A DNA stretch of 64,000 bases, taken from positions 224,001 to 288,000 of the forward strand of contig CAWCFT010000004.1 of assembly GCA_963794945.1 (NCBI GenBank), written 5' to 3'. The notes below the pieces were generated by a model. It made no database searches. It was not told the DNA's origin and worked only from the letters and a program-made list of their open reading frames with translations. The DNA comes from Endomicrobiales bacterium. Lineage in GTDB: Bacteria > Elusimicrobiota > Endomicrobiia > Endomicrobiales > CAWCFT01. Below, piece by piece: positions 10,339 through 21,060 of the stretch. Both the position numbers and the translations under genes were made by a program. How positions within the stretch are numbered: position 1 is the first letter of the stretch; each line of letters begins with the position of its first letter.

Positions 10339-11822
10339 TTATTTCTTTTCAGCCTTTTCCCCTTCCGGCACCTGATATTCTATCCTGGCGTGATAAATAC
10401 CTCCCAGCGTCGCTGCCATGCTTTCGGCGATGCTGCCCAGGTCGTGCAGGGTTATGGGGCATTCCGAGAACTGGCCGTCGGTGAATTTATTGTTGATGAC
10501 TTTTTCCACGGTATCTTTTAACCTTCCTGGCGTGTGCTCTTCAACTGAACGGCTCGCGGCTTCCACAGCGTCCGCTATCATGAGTATCGCGGTTTCTTTA
10601 CTCTGCGGCTTAGGGCCAGGGTAGCGAAAATTATCGGAAGTTACCTCCTTGTCCTGTTCGAGAGCTCTGTGGTAGAAATAGTGTATTAAAGATGTGCCGT
10701 GATGCTGCTCTATACAGTCCAGTATCATTTTATCGATACCATACTGCCTCGCCAGGGCCATGCCTTCTTTAACATGCGAGATGACGACAAGGCTCGACAT
10801 GGCAGGCTTGAGCGGGTCGTGAGGGTTAGCGTTCGGCTGCTGGTTTTCGATAAAATATTCCGGGTTTGAGAGCTTGCCGACATCGTGGTAGTACGCCCCT
10901 ACGCGCGCGAGCAGAGAATTCGCGCCTATAGCCTCCGCCGCCTGTTCGGCGAGCGACGCCATAATGAGAGAATGGTGGTATGTCCCGGGAGACTCGAGCA
11001 TGAGTTTTTTCAAAAGCGGCTGATTGAAATCCGCGAGTTCCAACAGTTTTATGCTCGTGGTTTTTGAAAAAAAGCTCTCAAGGAACGGCAGGACACCAAG
11101 GACCAACAATGCCGAGCTTATCCCGCTCACGGCAGCCCACATAAGGTTCATACCCAGGGTCCTTACCGGCCATAAACGGAAAAAATGAATTATCAAAACC
11201 GCGATCACGTTTATTGCCGCTATCTTGACGCCCAGTCTCGTAATATCTGAACGTTTGCGAACACTGTCCAGTGAGGCAACTGCAACGACGGTGCCGGCCA
11301 GATGGACAAAGAAGTATTCAAGGCTGAAATCGTTCAATACGCCGATTATAAGGCTAAGTATTATCCCCGTAATAAATGCAAGATTTCTCGACAACAAAAG
11401 GCCTACAAGAATAGAGAAAGCTGCCAGCGGTGTCGCTATAGGCGAAACCCACACTTTAGCAAGCTGCATAAAAAGAACAGCGCTTACAAATACCAGCCCC
11501 AACAGCATGATCGCTTCGTCGTCCGCGAGGATTTCCCTGTGAAAGCGCCTGAGATAGTTAAAGAAGAAAACGAACATCATTGCAAGGAACATGGAAAGGC
11601 CGGTGATCTTAAGCCACGAAAGTCCGATCTCGAATAGCAGCACGATAAAAAACGTGAGAATACCCCCACCAGCCACTACAAAACCCGGGAGCCTTATCTC
11701 TTTGTGCAGGAACGCTCCGCCGCGGCCCCGCGTTACAGCCGTGATCTCCGCGTCATTTTCAAGCCTTTTAAGCGCCTTGAGAAGAACGTTTCTTACTGCC
11801 TTCTTTAAAAACTGGCCGCCAT
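10339..11822 (-). CDS. 7TM-HD (HDIG/PgpH-like) membrane phosphohydrolase, frameshift at a T run near 11810
   Basis: PGTYHHS, GAYYHDVGK, HHGT, FRYPGPKPQ, ADAVEAA. The frame is open upstream of 11676, and one extra T in the 11807-11811 run joins it to ATG 11822. Confidence 0.88.
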
Positions 11823-11824
11823 GA

Positions 11825-12760
11825 TTATTCCTTCTTCCACATATCGTAAGCGTTTATTATCTTTTTAACGAGGATATGGCGCACCACATCTTCCTCACTG
11901 AAACGGACGATCTTTATACCATCGACGTTAGAGAGTATCTTTTCCGCAACAACCAGCCCGGACTCCTGTTTCTTGTCCAGGTCTATCTGGGTAACATCGC
12001 CGGTAATGACCATCTGGCTCCCCGCGCCCATACGCGTGAGGAACATCTTCATTTGTTCCGGAGTAGTGTTCTGGGCCTCGTCAAGTATTATAAAGGCGTC
12101 ATCGATAGTCCTGCCCCTCATGTAGGCCAGCGGGATTATCTCGATAGTTTCTTCTTCCCGCAGGAACCGGAACCTTTCCATGCCCAGCATAAAATAGAAA
12201 GCGTCGTAGAGAGGCTTAAGGTATGGGTTTATTTTCTCGTAAAGGTCTCCTGGAAGAAATCCCAGTTTTTCACCAGCCTCTACCACCGGCCTGGTAAGCA
12301 CGATACGGTTTATCCTGCCGGAAGCAAGCGCCTCTAACGCGCACGCGACCGCGAGGAAGGTCTTACCTGTTCCCGCGGGCCCGATGGCGAACACGAGGTC
12401 ATACTTTCTGGTAAGGTCCACATATTTTTTCTGATGTTCAGAACGCGGCTTGATGCGTTTTCCCAGGTGTGTCACATAAACCGTTTCTATATCAGGTAAA
12501 GCGGGTTTCAGATTATCGGACAACTGTTTCGGCATCGTATCGTTTTTCATAGTTTTTAAATAATCAAGCTCGGCAACTGCGCTGTCTACTTTCCCTGCGG
12601 GGCCCCGCACAACAATGGAAAATTCACCGGAGCTCGCCCCCTGCCTAACAAAGATCTGCACCTTGTATGTTTCTTCGAGCTTCCTGAGTGTTTCGTCCCT
12701 CTGGCCGAGCAGGTTGACAACCTCATCTGAGTTTTTTAAAAATAGCTTTCTGGTGACCAT
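11825..12760 (-). CDS. phoH: PhoH-family ATPase (YbeZ-like)
   Basis: [47 protein letters not shown]. Confidence 0.95.
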   Translation of the reverse strand: MVTRKLFLKNSDEVVNLLGQRDETLRKLEETYKVQIFVRQGASSGEFSIVVRGPAGKVDSAVAELDYLKTMKNDTMPKQLSDNLKPALPDIETVYVTHLGKRIKPRSEHQKKYVDLTRKYDLVFAIGPAGTGKTFLAVACALEALASGRINRIVLTRPVVEAGEKLGFLPGDLYEKINPYLKPLYDAFYFMLGMERFRFLREEETIEIIPLAYMRGRTIDDAFIILDEAQNTTPEQMKMFLTRMGAGSQMVITGDVTQIDLDKKQESGLVVAEKILSNVDGIKIVRFSEEDVVRHILVKKIINAYDMWKKE

Positions 12761-12872
12761 GTTAAATTCAGTTCAAAGTTCAAAGGTTCAAATTTTAACA
12801 TCAAAACCAACACACAGTATAGCCGGCGTGATTTTACGTTAAACTCTTGATCCTTTGAACCATTAAATCGTT

Positions 12873-13310
12873 TTATTTCTCCGCTTCTTCACGGGGCGGT
12901 ATGATCAATATCTGTTTGGGAAATATCCTGTTCGGATTGTCTATCTGATACTTATTAGCAAGATATATTTTTTTCCACTGCCATGGATCGTTATAATATT
13001 TTCTTGCCAGGTTCCAGAGGCACTCGCGCGACTCCTGCCACAACCACACCCTGTGTATCATGTGCTGTTTAGATTTTTCTTCTTCGGGAACCGTTTTTAT
13101 TTCCGGCTTTTGTTCAGTCTCTATACCCGGCAGGCTGACTGGAGCAATGGCCGTGCTGGTGCTTACAGCCGGCATAATTTCAGGAGCGATCGGTTGATTT
13201 GATGGGACTGCGGAAGAAACGGCGTGAGCTGCGGTATTTTCTTTCTTTTGTGCCGCGAAAGCTGTCATGAAAAACAACAGGCATATCCCCGCAGCAAGAG
13301 GATAACGCAT
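12873..13310 (-). CDS. Secreted LysM peptidoglycan-binding protein
   Basis: Signal peptide, Pro/Ala-rich linker, C-terminal LWNLARKYY.DP..WKKIY.AN...I.NPNRIFP.Q.L.IP. Confidence 0.85.
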   Translation of the reverse strand: MRYPLAAGICLLFFMTAFAAQKKENTAAHAVSSAVPSNQPIAPEIMPAVSTSTAIAPVSLPGIETEQKPEIKTVPEEEKSKQHMIHRVWLWQESRECLWNLARKYYNDPWQWKKIYLANKYQIDNPNRIFPKQILIIPPREEAEK

Positions 13311-13454
13311 AATTATTCTACTCCTGTAAGCGTAAGGTTATTTAGGCTAAACACTATGATTATTAAACAAAATATACGGTCAAAAAGCAAGCATTTTCGC
13401 TGAAATTTTAGTTTTTTGGAACAGGTAATTCATGGCAGGCAAAAACATTGTCTT

Positions 13455-15249
13455 TTATTGATTTTTTTGCGGTTCGCTTGGCTGAACAGCCTTAAGCTTA
13501 ATACCCAGTTCCCTGAGTTGTTTTTCGTCAACCACTGCCGGCGCGCCAGAGAGAGGGCAGGCAGCCTTCTGTGTCTTTGGAAAAGCTATAACTTCGCGAA
13601 TGGATTCTTCACCCAGTAAAAGGGCGCACATCCTGTCAAAACCAAGCGCGAGTCCGCCGTGCGGCGGCGCGCCGAAACGGAGCGCGTCAAGTAGGAAACC
13701 GAACCTTTCTTTCGCCTCGGCTTGAGTGATATTAATAAGTTTGAATATCTTTTCCTGAACATCTTCCTTGTGGATACGTATCGACGCCGCCAAGCTCCGT
13801 GCCGTTTAGCACAACGTCATAAGCGCGGGCTTTTATCTTGCCGTACTGCGAAGTGTCTTCGCCGTCTAAGAGAGTGAGATCTTCAAGTTTTGGTGAAGTG
13901 AACGGATGGTGCATCGCGCTCCAGCGTTTTTCTTCTTTGTCCCATTCCAGCATCGGGAAATCAACTACCCAGAGGAAATTAAATTTATCTTTGTCTATAA
14001 GTTTAAGCTGTTTTCCGAGCCTCACCCTTAAGGCTCCGAGCGCCGCAGCCGAAACATTCGGCTCGTCTGCTACAAAGAGGATTATATCACCGGGCTTTGA
14101 GCCAAGCTTTTTTTGGATCGTTTCTATGTTCTCAGGGCTGAAGAATTTAACAATGTTGGATTCCGGGCCAGCCGCAGTAACCTTCATCCAGGCAAGGCCC
14201 CTTGCTCCATACTCTCCGGCGAACTTGGTAAGGTCGTCGATCTCCGAGCGTGAGAACTCCGAGCCGCCAGGCACAGTAAGCGCCCGCACAACACCGCCTT
14301 TTTTGATCGTCTCAGAGAACACCTTGAAACCGCAGCTTGCGAGCTCACCAGTAAGATCGGTTATCTCAAGGCCAAAACGGGTGTCGGGCTTGTCCGAACC
14401 GTATCTGAGCATCGACTCGGCGTACGAGAGTTTCGGGAATGGCAGGGTTATCTGGCGGCCCAGAGCCTCTTTGAATACAAGGGCTATGAGGTTCTCCACG
14501 ACTGAAATGACGTCACTCTCTTCAATGAATGACATCTCGAGGTCTATCTGCGTGAACTCCGGCTGACGGTCCGCCCTGAGGTCCTCGTCGCGAAAACACT
14601 TGACTATCTGGAAATATTTATCGAAACCCGCCACCATCAGTATCTGCTTGAAAAGCTGGGGCGACTGCGGGAGAGCGTAAAAATTCCCGTGGCTTAATCG
14701 CGAAGGCACAAGGAAGTCCCTCGCGCCTTCTGGGGTCGATTTGGTAAGGAACGGTGTTTCTATTTCGATAAAACCCTGGTTGTTAAAATAGTTGCGAACC
14801 ACCTGCATCATTTTGTGCCGGAGAATAAAGTTCTTTGCGACGTTCGGGCGCCTTAAATCAAGGTAGCGGTATTTGAGGCGCAGCTCTTCGGAGGTTTCGG
14901 TGTAATCGGATATCTCGAACGGAAGCCCCGGGCAGGCATTGATTACCTCGAGGCTTTCAACAACGAGCTCAACTTCTCCTGTGGCCATGTTCGGGTTTTC
15001 AGTTCCCGGCGGGCGAAGCCGAGTAACACCTGTTACTTTGAGGACGAATTCACTGCGGATCTTCTCGGATTGTTCGAATATATCCTTTCTTTCAGGCTGA
15101 AAAACTATCTGTACAAGGCCTTCACGGTCGCGAAGGTCAACAAAGATCACACCGCCGTGGTCCCTGCGGGAGTGCACCCAGCCGCAAAGGGTTAAGTTTT
15201 TACCTATATGTTCTTTTCTTATATTTCCGCAGTATTCTGTTCTTTGCAT
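13455..15249 (-). CDS. aspS: Aspartate--tRNA ligase, frameshift near 13788
   Basis: [58 protein letters not shown](G)SIRIH is split between the two ORFs; [12 protein letters not shown] follows. Confidence 0.96.
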
Positions 15250-15266
15250 TAGAAGTTCCTTTTAAT

Positions 15267-15429
15267 GATTACAGCGATTTAAAAACCGATTACGGCGATA
15301 AGTCAAAAGATTTTAATCTATATAATCGAAGTTTCTGCCGGAGGTGAATCCACCTTTGGCGGAAATAATCACCGTAATCATTGTTGAAATCTGTGTAATC
15401 AAGGCTGTTGATGACTTTTTCAACAGCCT
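15267..15429. repeat. Composite palindromic element in the aspS leader
   Basis: Imperfect arms GATTACAGCGATTT..GATTACGGCGAT (from 15267) / ATCACCGTAATC..AAATCTGTGTAATC (to 15400); inner hairpin 15332-15365; AGGCTGTTGA/TCAACAGCCT hairpin 15402-15429. Confidence 0.65.
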
Positions 15430-15444
15430 CATATTTGATACCGG

Positions 15445-15473
15445 ATTCTAGCAAAATCGGGTTAGGTAGTCAA
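15445..15473 (-). promoter_or_regulatory. Sigma70-type promoter of aspS
   Basis: TTGACT-17 bp-TAGAAT with extended TG. Confidence 0.6.
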
Positions 15474-15496
15474 CGAATTGACCCGTCAGGGATACA

Positions 15497-16906
15497 TTAG
15501 TCCACCTGCACGGCTTCCGGAGTCCAACAGCCGGGTTCGTCGTCGCACTTCTTGTAAGCGGCTTTTGATCCGCTTTTTTTCCATCTGCCGCTGGCGTAAT
15601 AGATATAGAACGCTATGGCGCCTGAAAACGCGCTTGCCAGTATGCCCAGCCATAAGCCTACTTCTCTTAATGAGGTGTAATGAGACAGGACGTAGCAGAG
15701 CGGTACGCGCAGGAATATCATACTGCAGGCTATCATGATGAATGAGCCGAAAGTGTCTCCCGCGCCTCGCAGAACACCCTGGTAAGCGAACAGGAATGCG
15801 AGCGCAACGTAACTTAGGCCCGCGACACGGAAATAGTTACGCGTAACAAACATGACGGCCGGCTCGCGTGTAAAAAGGCCTGTGATAGTATTCGGGAACA
15901 GCATCACCGCGGCGGAAAATATTAACGCAATACCTACAGAAAACACCACACCCCAGCGTGCAATCTCCGGTATGCGTTCAAGCCTGCCGGCGCCTATATT
16001 CTGCGCGGTCATCGCTGAGATAGCCGCCGTCACGGCAAAAGTGGCAAGAAATGCGAACTGGTCGACACGGCTTCCTATGCCAAAACCGGCGGTAACTGTT
16101 TGGCCGAAACCGTTAGCGAGGGAAAGTATGAATAGAAAACTTGAAGACACGATCAGCATCTGTAGGGAAAGCGGGAACCCGACCCCGATTATCCTGCGAA
16201 GCGTGTCAAAATGCGGTTTGAAGCGAAACGGAGCAACCTCGGAAAGATGGTGAGTGTCCCAAATTACAAAATAAACCGCCGCCCCAACTATATTTGATAT
16301 GATCGTAGATAGGGCCGTGCCAGCGATCCCAAGCGGCGGAAAAAAATGCGCTCCGGTAATAAGCACAGGCGCGAGTACTGCGTTAAGCACAAGCGTGACG
16401 GAAAGTATCTTAAACGGCGTCCTCGAATCGCCAGCGGCATTAAACATGGAAGCGAACCATTGGTTCAGCGAGAATAACGCCAGGCTGGCTATTATCAGCG
16501 ACAGGAAAGTGTGGGCTCCCTGAACAAGAGGCGCCGGAGTGTTAATAACTCGCAACAACAACCCGCAAAATGCCACCCCTGACACCGAAATGAACAGCGA
16601 AACAGCCGTGATCGATATGGCCGATGTTGAAACAATATCGGAAAGAAGTTCGTAGTTCTTTGAACCGAACGCCTGCCCGGCGAGGATCGCCGCGCCGACT
16701 ATTATGCCCGCCATCAGCGAAGAAAGAAAAAATATGACAGGCATACCGTTCGCAACTATCGCGACACCTGTCGAACCCAGGAGCCTTCCTGCCCACATTG
16801 CATCTATCAGCATGAGAAGCGCCTGGAGAGTGTTGCTAAGAAGCAGCGGCACCAGAAACGAGAACATGAGCCTTGACACGCTTCCTTTTGTAAAATCTTT
16901 CATCAT
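15497..16906 (-). CDS. MATE family efflux transporter
   Basis: About 12 hydrophobic segments, internal duplication, GDSRTP, GIAGTALST, AQNIGAG, RGAGDT. Confidence 0.93.
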   Translation of the reverse strand: MMKDFTKGSVSRLMFSFLVPLLLSNTLQALLMLIDAMWAGRLLGSTGVAIVANGMPVIFFLSSLMAGIIVGAAILAGQAFGSKNYELLSDIVSTSAISITAVSLFISVSGVAFCGLLLRVINTPAPLVQGAHTFLSLIIASLALFSLNQWFASMFNAAGDSRTPFKILSVTLVLNAVLAPVLITGAHFFPPLGIAGTALSTIISNIVGAAVYFVIWDTHHLSEVAPFRFKPHFDTLRRIIGVGFPLSLQMLIVSSSFLFILSLANGFGQTVTAGFGIGSRVDQFAFLATFAVTAAISAMTAQNIGAGRLERIPEIARWGVVFSVGIALIFSAAVMLFPNTITGLFTREPAVMFVTRNYFRVAGLSYVALAFLFAYQGVLRGAGDTFGSFIMIACSMIFLRVPLCYVLSHYTSLREVGLWLGILASAFSGAIAFYIYYASGRWKKSGSKAAYKKCDDEPGCWTPEAVQVD

Positions 16907-16918
16907 TTGAACTTTCCT

Positions 16919-17092
16919 GTGGCGACCCTGGCAGGAGCCGGAGACTCCTTAATACTGTCGCCCTCCCGGGACGAATGCGAACGCATTCCTCCCCCGTCTG
17001 AAGACGGGGGGATCAATGTCGCGGGATAAAATATAAATAACAAAGCCCTTGTTGAAGAAGCAGTCGGCTCCTCTCAAACAGGGCTCTACTTT
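16919..17092 (-). promoter_or_regulatory. Structured 5' leader of the MATE gene (several hairpins; candidate cis-regulatory RNA or palindromic element)
   Basis: Stems GGCGAC/GTCGCC (16921-16962), GAATGCG/CGCATTC (16973-16988), CCCCCGTC/GACGGGGG (16991-17010) and AGCCCT..AGGGCT (17044-17085). Confidence 0.45.
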
Positions 17093-17103
17093 GCTTATGG
17101 AGT

Positions 17104-17132
17104 ATTATATAAATTTATATCAATTCTTGCAA
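17104..17132 (-). promoter_or_regulatory. Sigma70-type promoter of the MATE gene
   Basis: TTGCAA-17 bp-TATAAT. Confidence 0.65.
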
Positions 17133-17143
17133 GGTCAAGCCGT

Positions 17144-19088
17144 TTAAATCTCTTTGTTGCCTTTCAGGAATGTCTTTTGGAACAGGGCCGATATATCGTC
17201 AGCTAGCACCTGGTTATTTGTGTCTCTTGCGATCTTGAAAAGGTTGGCCCAGGCGTTTAGGTTGCCGTGTTCCAGTTCCACCGCCTTCCTGAAGTACTCA
17301 GCAGCTTTGCCGTAATCCTTATTAGAGGCGTAATAAATGCCAAGGCTGTTAAACGTTGAAGCGTCCGGGCTTAATTGAAGGCTCTTATTGTAATAGTAGG
17401 CCGCGGCGTCTAGATTACCTTCCTGCATTAGGATATCGGCATAATTGTTAAAGGTTTCTTTGCGCGGGTTAACGACAAGCGCCCAGCGGTAATAGAATTT
17501 TGCCTTTTGACGGTCGCCGAACTTATCGCTGCAGAACGCCAAGCAAATGAAGCATATCCGCTCTCTTGTAGAGAGGATTGATGCGGCTTACTATCTCGAA
17601 ATTTTTGACGGCCTCCCTGTAATCATTCTTGACCATATATTCGATGCCCAGGTTGTAGCAAACACGGATATTCGTAGGAGCCTCTTTTACTCCATCAGTG
17701 TAAAGGCTGTATCCATTTTCGAACACGAGATTCCTTCTAAGCGACAAAGTGCCGTAACAAACTGTTATCAGCGATGCGATAAGGGTACCGGTAGTTACAC
17801 CGGCGAATATTTTGTTCTTAAATCGATCGAAAACCAAAGCGGACAGTGCAACCGCGAACCCAACCATTGGAAGGTACATATACCTGTCATTTACCGTGTT
17901 TACCAACGGGAATATATTTGAAACTGGGATATAACACGCCAGCCACAAACCAATCCCAAATCTTAAAAGCTTGTTCTTGATGAGCAAAAACGCAATAAGC
18001 ACAGCCGCAAAAATAACGACTGCCAGAAGAATATCAGGCCTTAATATAGTGTGTGTTACGTTCAGTTCATAATCAATGGAAAGCCTCGCCGGGACCAGTA
18101 AAGTCTCGCAATAATGCAGGAACGAAAGCATGATGGTTCCAAGATATGCCCCTACAGACGAGACTGGCGACAGGTTATTTTTTATATTTGGAAAAATGCA
18201 GAAATGGAGGAAGTAGTAGAACCTCCTGCCCCAAAAGAAAAATATAAAAAGTGCCGAAGTTAAAGCGCCCGTCGCGATTACAGCCATAGTCCTTTTACGG
18301 AATTTAAGCCCCGAATAAATTACCGTGTAAAAAAAGAAAACGATGACGAGGGATATCGCCGTTTCTTTAGAAAACAGGCTCAATACAAATAAAACGAAAC
18401 CGGCGCAATAATAGAAAATATTTGCTGGAAATTTTTCGCGTACGGCCTTTATAAGCGCTATCAAAGACAACATATACAGCAAAGTCACAAGAAGGTCCGC
18501 ACGGAACGAAGCTATATTTACGGCCTCGGCCTGAATAGGATGGAACGCAAAAACAAGCGCCGCGAATATCGCGGGCGCGAAGCGCCCGTTGAGGGCATCG
18601 CTTCCCACTGCTGAGCCTTCTGGGTAACCCAATAACAGCATCACAAGGAAAAATACTGCCACTGAACTCATCGCGTGAAGGAATATGTTAGTCAGATGAT
18701 ACCCGAAAGGGGACTCTTTCCATAGCTTATAATCGATGATCAGGGAGAGGACTGTCAGCGGCCTTGCGCCGCATTTAAGCGGATAGGGGTTTACCAGGTA
18801 TTTGGGGTTAAGCAGTATCTTTGCGTTCTGTCCTTGTGATATAAAATCATTATAGACGATCAGCTTATAATCATCAAGTACATAGTCGTTCCTTAGAGAC
18901 CTCATGTGCCCGACAGCCGCCGCGGAAAATATCAGGAACGCGCAAATAAGCTGTTTCTTCACAATGCTGGAGTTCTTCAGCCATTCGAAAAAGCCCGCGA
19001 AAGGCACCGTGCGAACTCCGGCGGACACCCCCGCCTGTGCGGAACCTGTGTTAGTGACCGCGTTTGCAATAGGATCAGAGGAATGCAT
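17144..19088 (-). CDS. TMTC-like GT-C membrane glycosyltransferase with C-terminal TPRs, frameshift near 17535
   Basis: YVLDD..LI..N, RPLT.LS..IDY, PFGYHLTNIFLH, FAFHPIQAEAV, SFRADLL, SKETA, DRYMYLP, then TPR helices continuing in 17144..17542. Confidence 0.82.
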
Positions 19089-19112
19089 TATGGCTCCACA
19101 AAACGGAATATT

Positions 19113-20443
19113 CTATTGAGCCGGCGGTAATTCCCGCGTAGCCTGCTGGTTAAGCAGTGCTCCGAAACCGGAATTTTGATCGGACAAGCTGAGCTCTATC
19201 TTTACTTGTTCCAGGATAACCTGCGCGTCCATGTTTTCCCTGTCCATTTCCAGCGCGGAGAACAAGTCTTCCTGGGCTTTTCTATATCTTTCATTCCTTA
19301 CGTCCTTTATAGCCATCTTCACATAGTCTTCTGACCTTTGCTTATTTCCAGGGTCGGATGTGTGTGCTATAGCGTACCCCAAAAAATTCGCCATTTCCGC
19401 ATAACCAGGCTGCAGAGCCCTGAACACTTCCGCGGAACTCTCAAAATCTTCGTTTAAAAAATAATTGATCGCCTTCTTAAATTTCTTGCCGTCTTTCTTA
19501 CCCATTGACTTAATGATATCTTGATTCATATTCTGTATGTTCACGAACAAATTTTTAGCTTTTCCCAGGTTAGGGTTAAGCTTGAGAGCTTTATACATCA
19601 ACAGCAAGGCGTCAAGGGTATCTCCATCTTTGAAATAATTTGCCCCCTTAAAATAGCATTGCTCCGAGAAATCTCTCTTCGCCTCAACCATTTTTTCTTT
19701 TATCAGAGTGATCTTGTTCCTGAAATTCTGCGCTTCGCTGTTCATCGGCTCAAGCCCGAGCGCCAGGTTTATTTTTTTCTCTGCGCCCTTAATATCTCCT
19801 TCCACATAACTTGCTTTTGAATCTTCAATATAACGATCGGCTTTACTTTTTACTCTTTTGGGCGGTTTTTTCAGCGTTTCATTCATTTCATTTAAAGATT
19901 GTTTCTGAAATTGCGGCGCCGTGGGCTGCCCCCCGCAGAAGCCAGTGGCACTATAACTGGTTCTTCGGAAGCGGGCACGGCTGCCTCAGTTTTCACTGCA
20001 TCCTGTTTCGGTTTTGTCGAAACCATCAAAGGAGTTCCAGCGCCGGGAACGGGGGCCATAGCTTTAGCCGGCGTTGCTGTGGAGACTTCAGTTGCTTTCT
20101 TTTTCGTAGAGAACAATCCCCATAAAAATGGTTTCTTTTCTTTTGGCTTTATATCTTTGTTTTGATCCGCGGCATCTTTAGGCGGGTTTGGATGTTTTTT
20201 TCTGAAAAGTTTGTTATCGTGAGACGATTCGGTACTTTCAGTTTTTATGGCTCCCTGCTGAGTTTGTGCAGGCACAGTGGAGACATCTGGAACTACCGTT
20301 GTAAGGGAAGAGCTTGCATTTTTGGCGCCGGTGTTAGAAGAACCTGCAGTATCATCGGCTATCGCACCGGCAGTCAATAAAAAACAAACTGCCGCAAATC
20401 CGAACAACACGCTTAAAATTCTTTTTTTCATTAAACACCTCAT
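19113..20443 (-). CDS. Secreted TPR protein with low-complexity N-terminal linker (ORFs 19892..20443 and 19113..19886 joined)
   Basis: Signal peptide at the start. One extra G in the G6 run at 19929-19934 gives ...AGGQPTAPQFQKQSLNEMNETLKK, reading into the TPR ORF (KALKLNP, ALGLEPMN). Confidence 0.7.
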
Positions 20444-20493
20444 TGCTGAATTATTAATACCAAAAAATACAAGATATTTCGATTGTATACTGC

Positions 20494-21060
20494 CTAATCT
20501 ATATCCCAGAAATACTTCTTGAATAGTTTAAATAGTGTTATGATCGGCTTTAAAAAACCCAGCCGGGAAAGAAAGCTTGGGTTAGCTGTTTCCTGCGAGG
20601 CCACTACTACTACCATGTCGTCGCTATCGCTCGCCTGAACAATTTTCAAGATATCCGGAAGTTTTTCCTTGCCTTTTTTAAGGTCTTCACGTTCCAACAT
20701 TATGTTCCCGATATTTTTACGAAGTTCGTCAATATTTACGGGCTTGACAATAAAATCGTGGGCGCCAATGCGCATGGATTCCACGGCAATCTCGAGTGAA
20801 CTTAACTCTGTTATAATAACTGGCACCGATTCTTTTGATAGACTTACGGCCTGTTTTATAAATTCAATACCGTTCATATCTGGCAGTTTATAATCCGCGA
20901 GAAAAATATCAAAAAACTGTCGTTTTATCATATCAAGAGCTACTGCTCCGCTTACCGAAATGGAAATGGCATAACCATCCTCTTCTAGGGCGCTTTTGAG
21001 CTCCTGTCTCTCTGGTCCGTCTTCCTGAACAATAATGATCTTTGTCTTAGAATATTCCAT
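20494..21060 (-). CDS. Response regulator receiver protein without a DNA-binding domain
   Basis: DIFLADYKLPDMNG, PVIIIT, GAHDFIVKP. Confidence 0.88.
   Translation of the reverse strand: MEYSKTKIIIVQEDGPERQELKSALEEDGYAISISVSGAVALDMIKRQFFDIFLADYKLPDMNGIEFIKQAVSLSKESVPVIITELSSLEIAVESMRIGAHDFIVKPVNIDELRKNIGNIMLEREDLKKGKEKLPDILKIVQASDSDDMVVVVASQETANPSFLSRLGFLKPIITLFKLFKKYFWDID

Noticed and set aside
13732..13793. Programmed ribosomal frameshift in aspS
   Set aside because: No slippery heptamer at the site; the break removes bases from the conserved GGGSIRIH motif, as expected for a sequencing deletion.
15250..15445. T-box riboswitch upstream of aspS
   Set aside because: No T-box consensus or specifier stem recognisable; the region is explained by palindromic repeats.
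16918..16945. Minus-strand ...CTCCTGCCAGGGTCGCCA resembles a tRNA 3' end or attachment site
   Set aside because: No TTCGA T-loop, no cloverleaf upstream and no integrase nearby; better explained as part of the leader stem.
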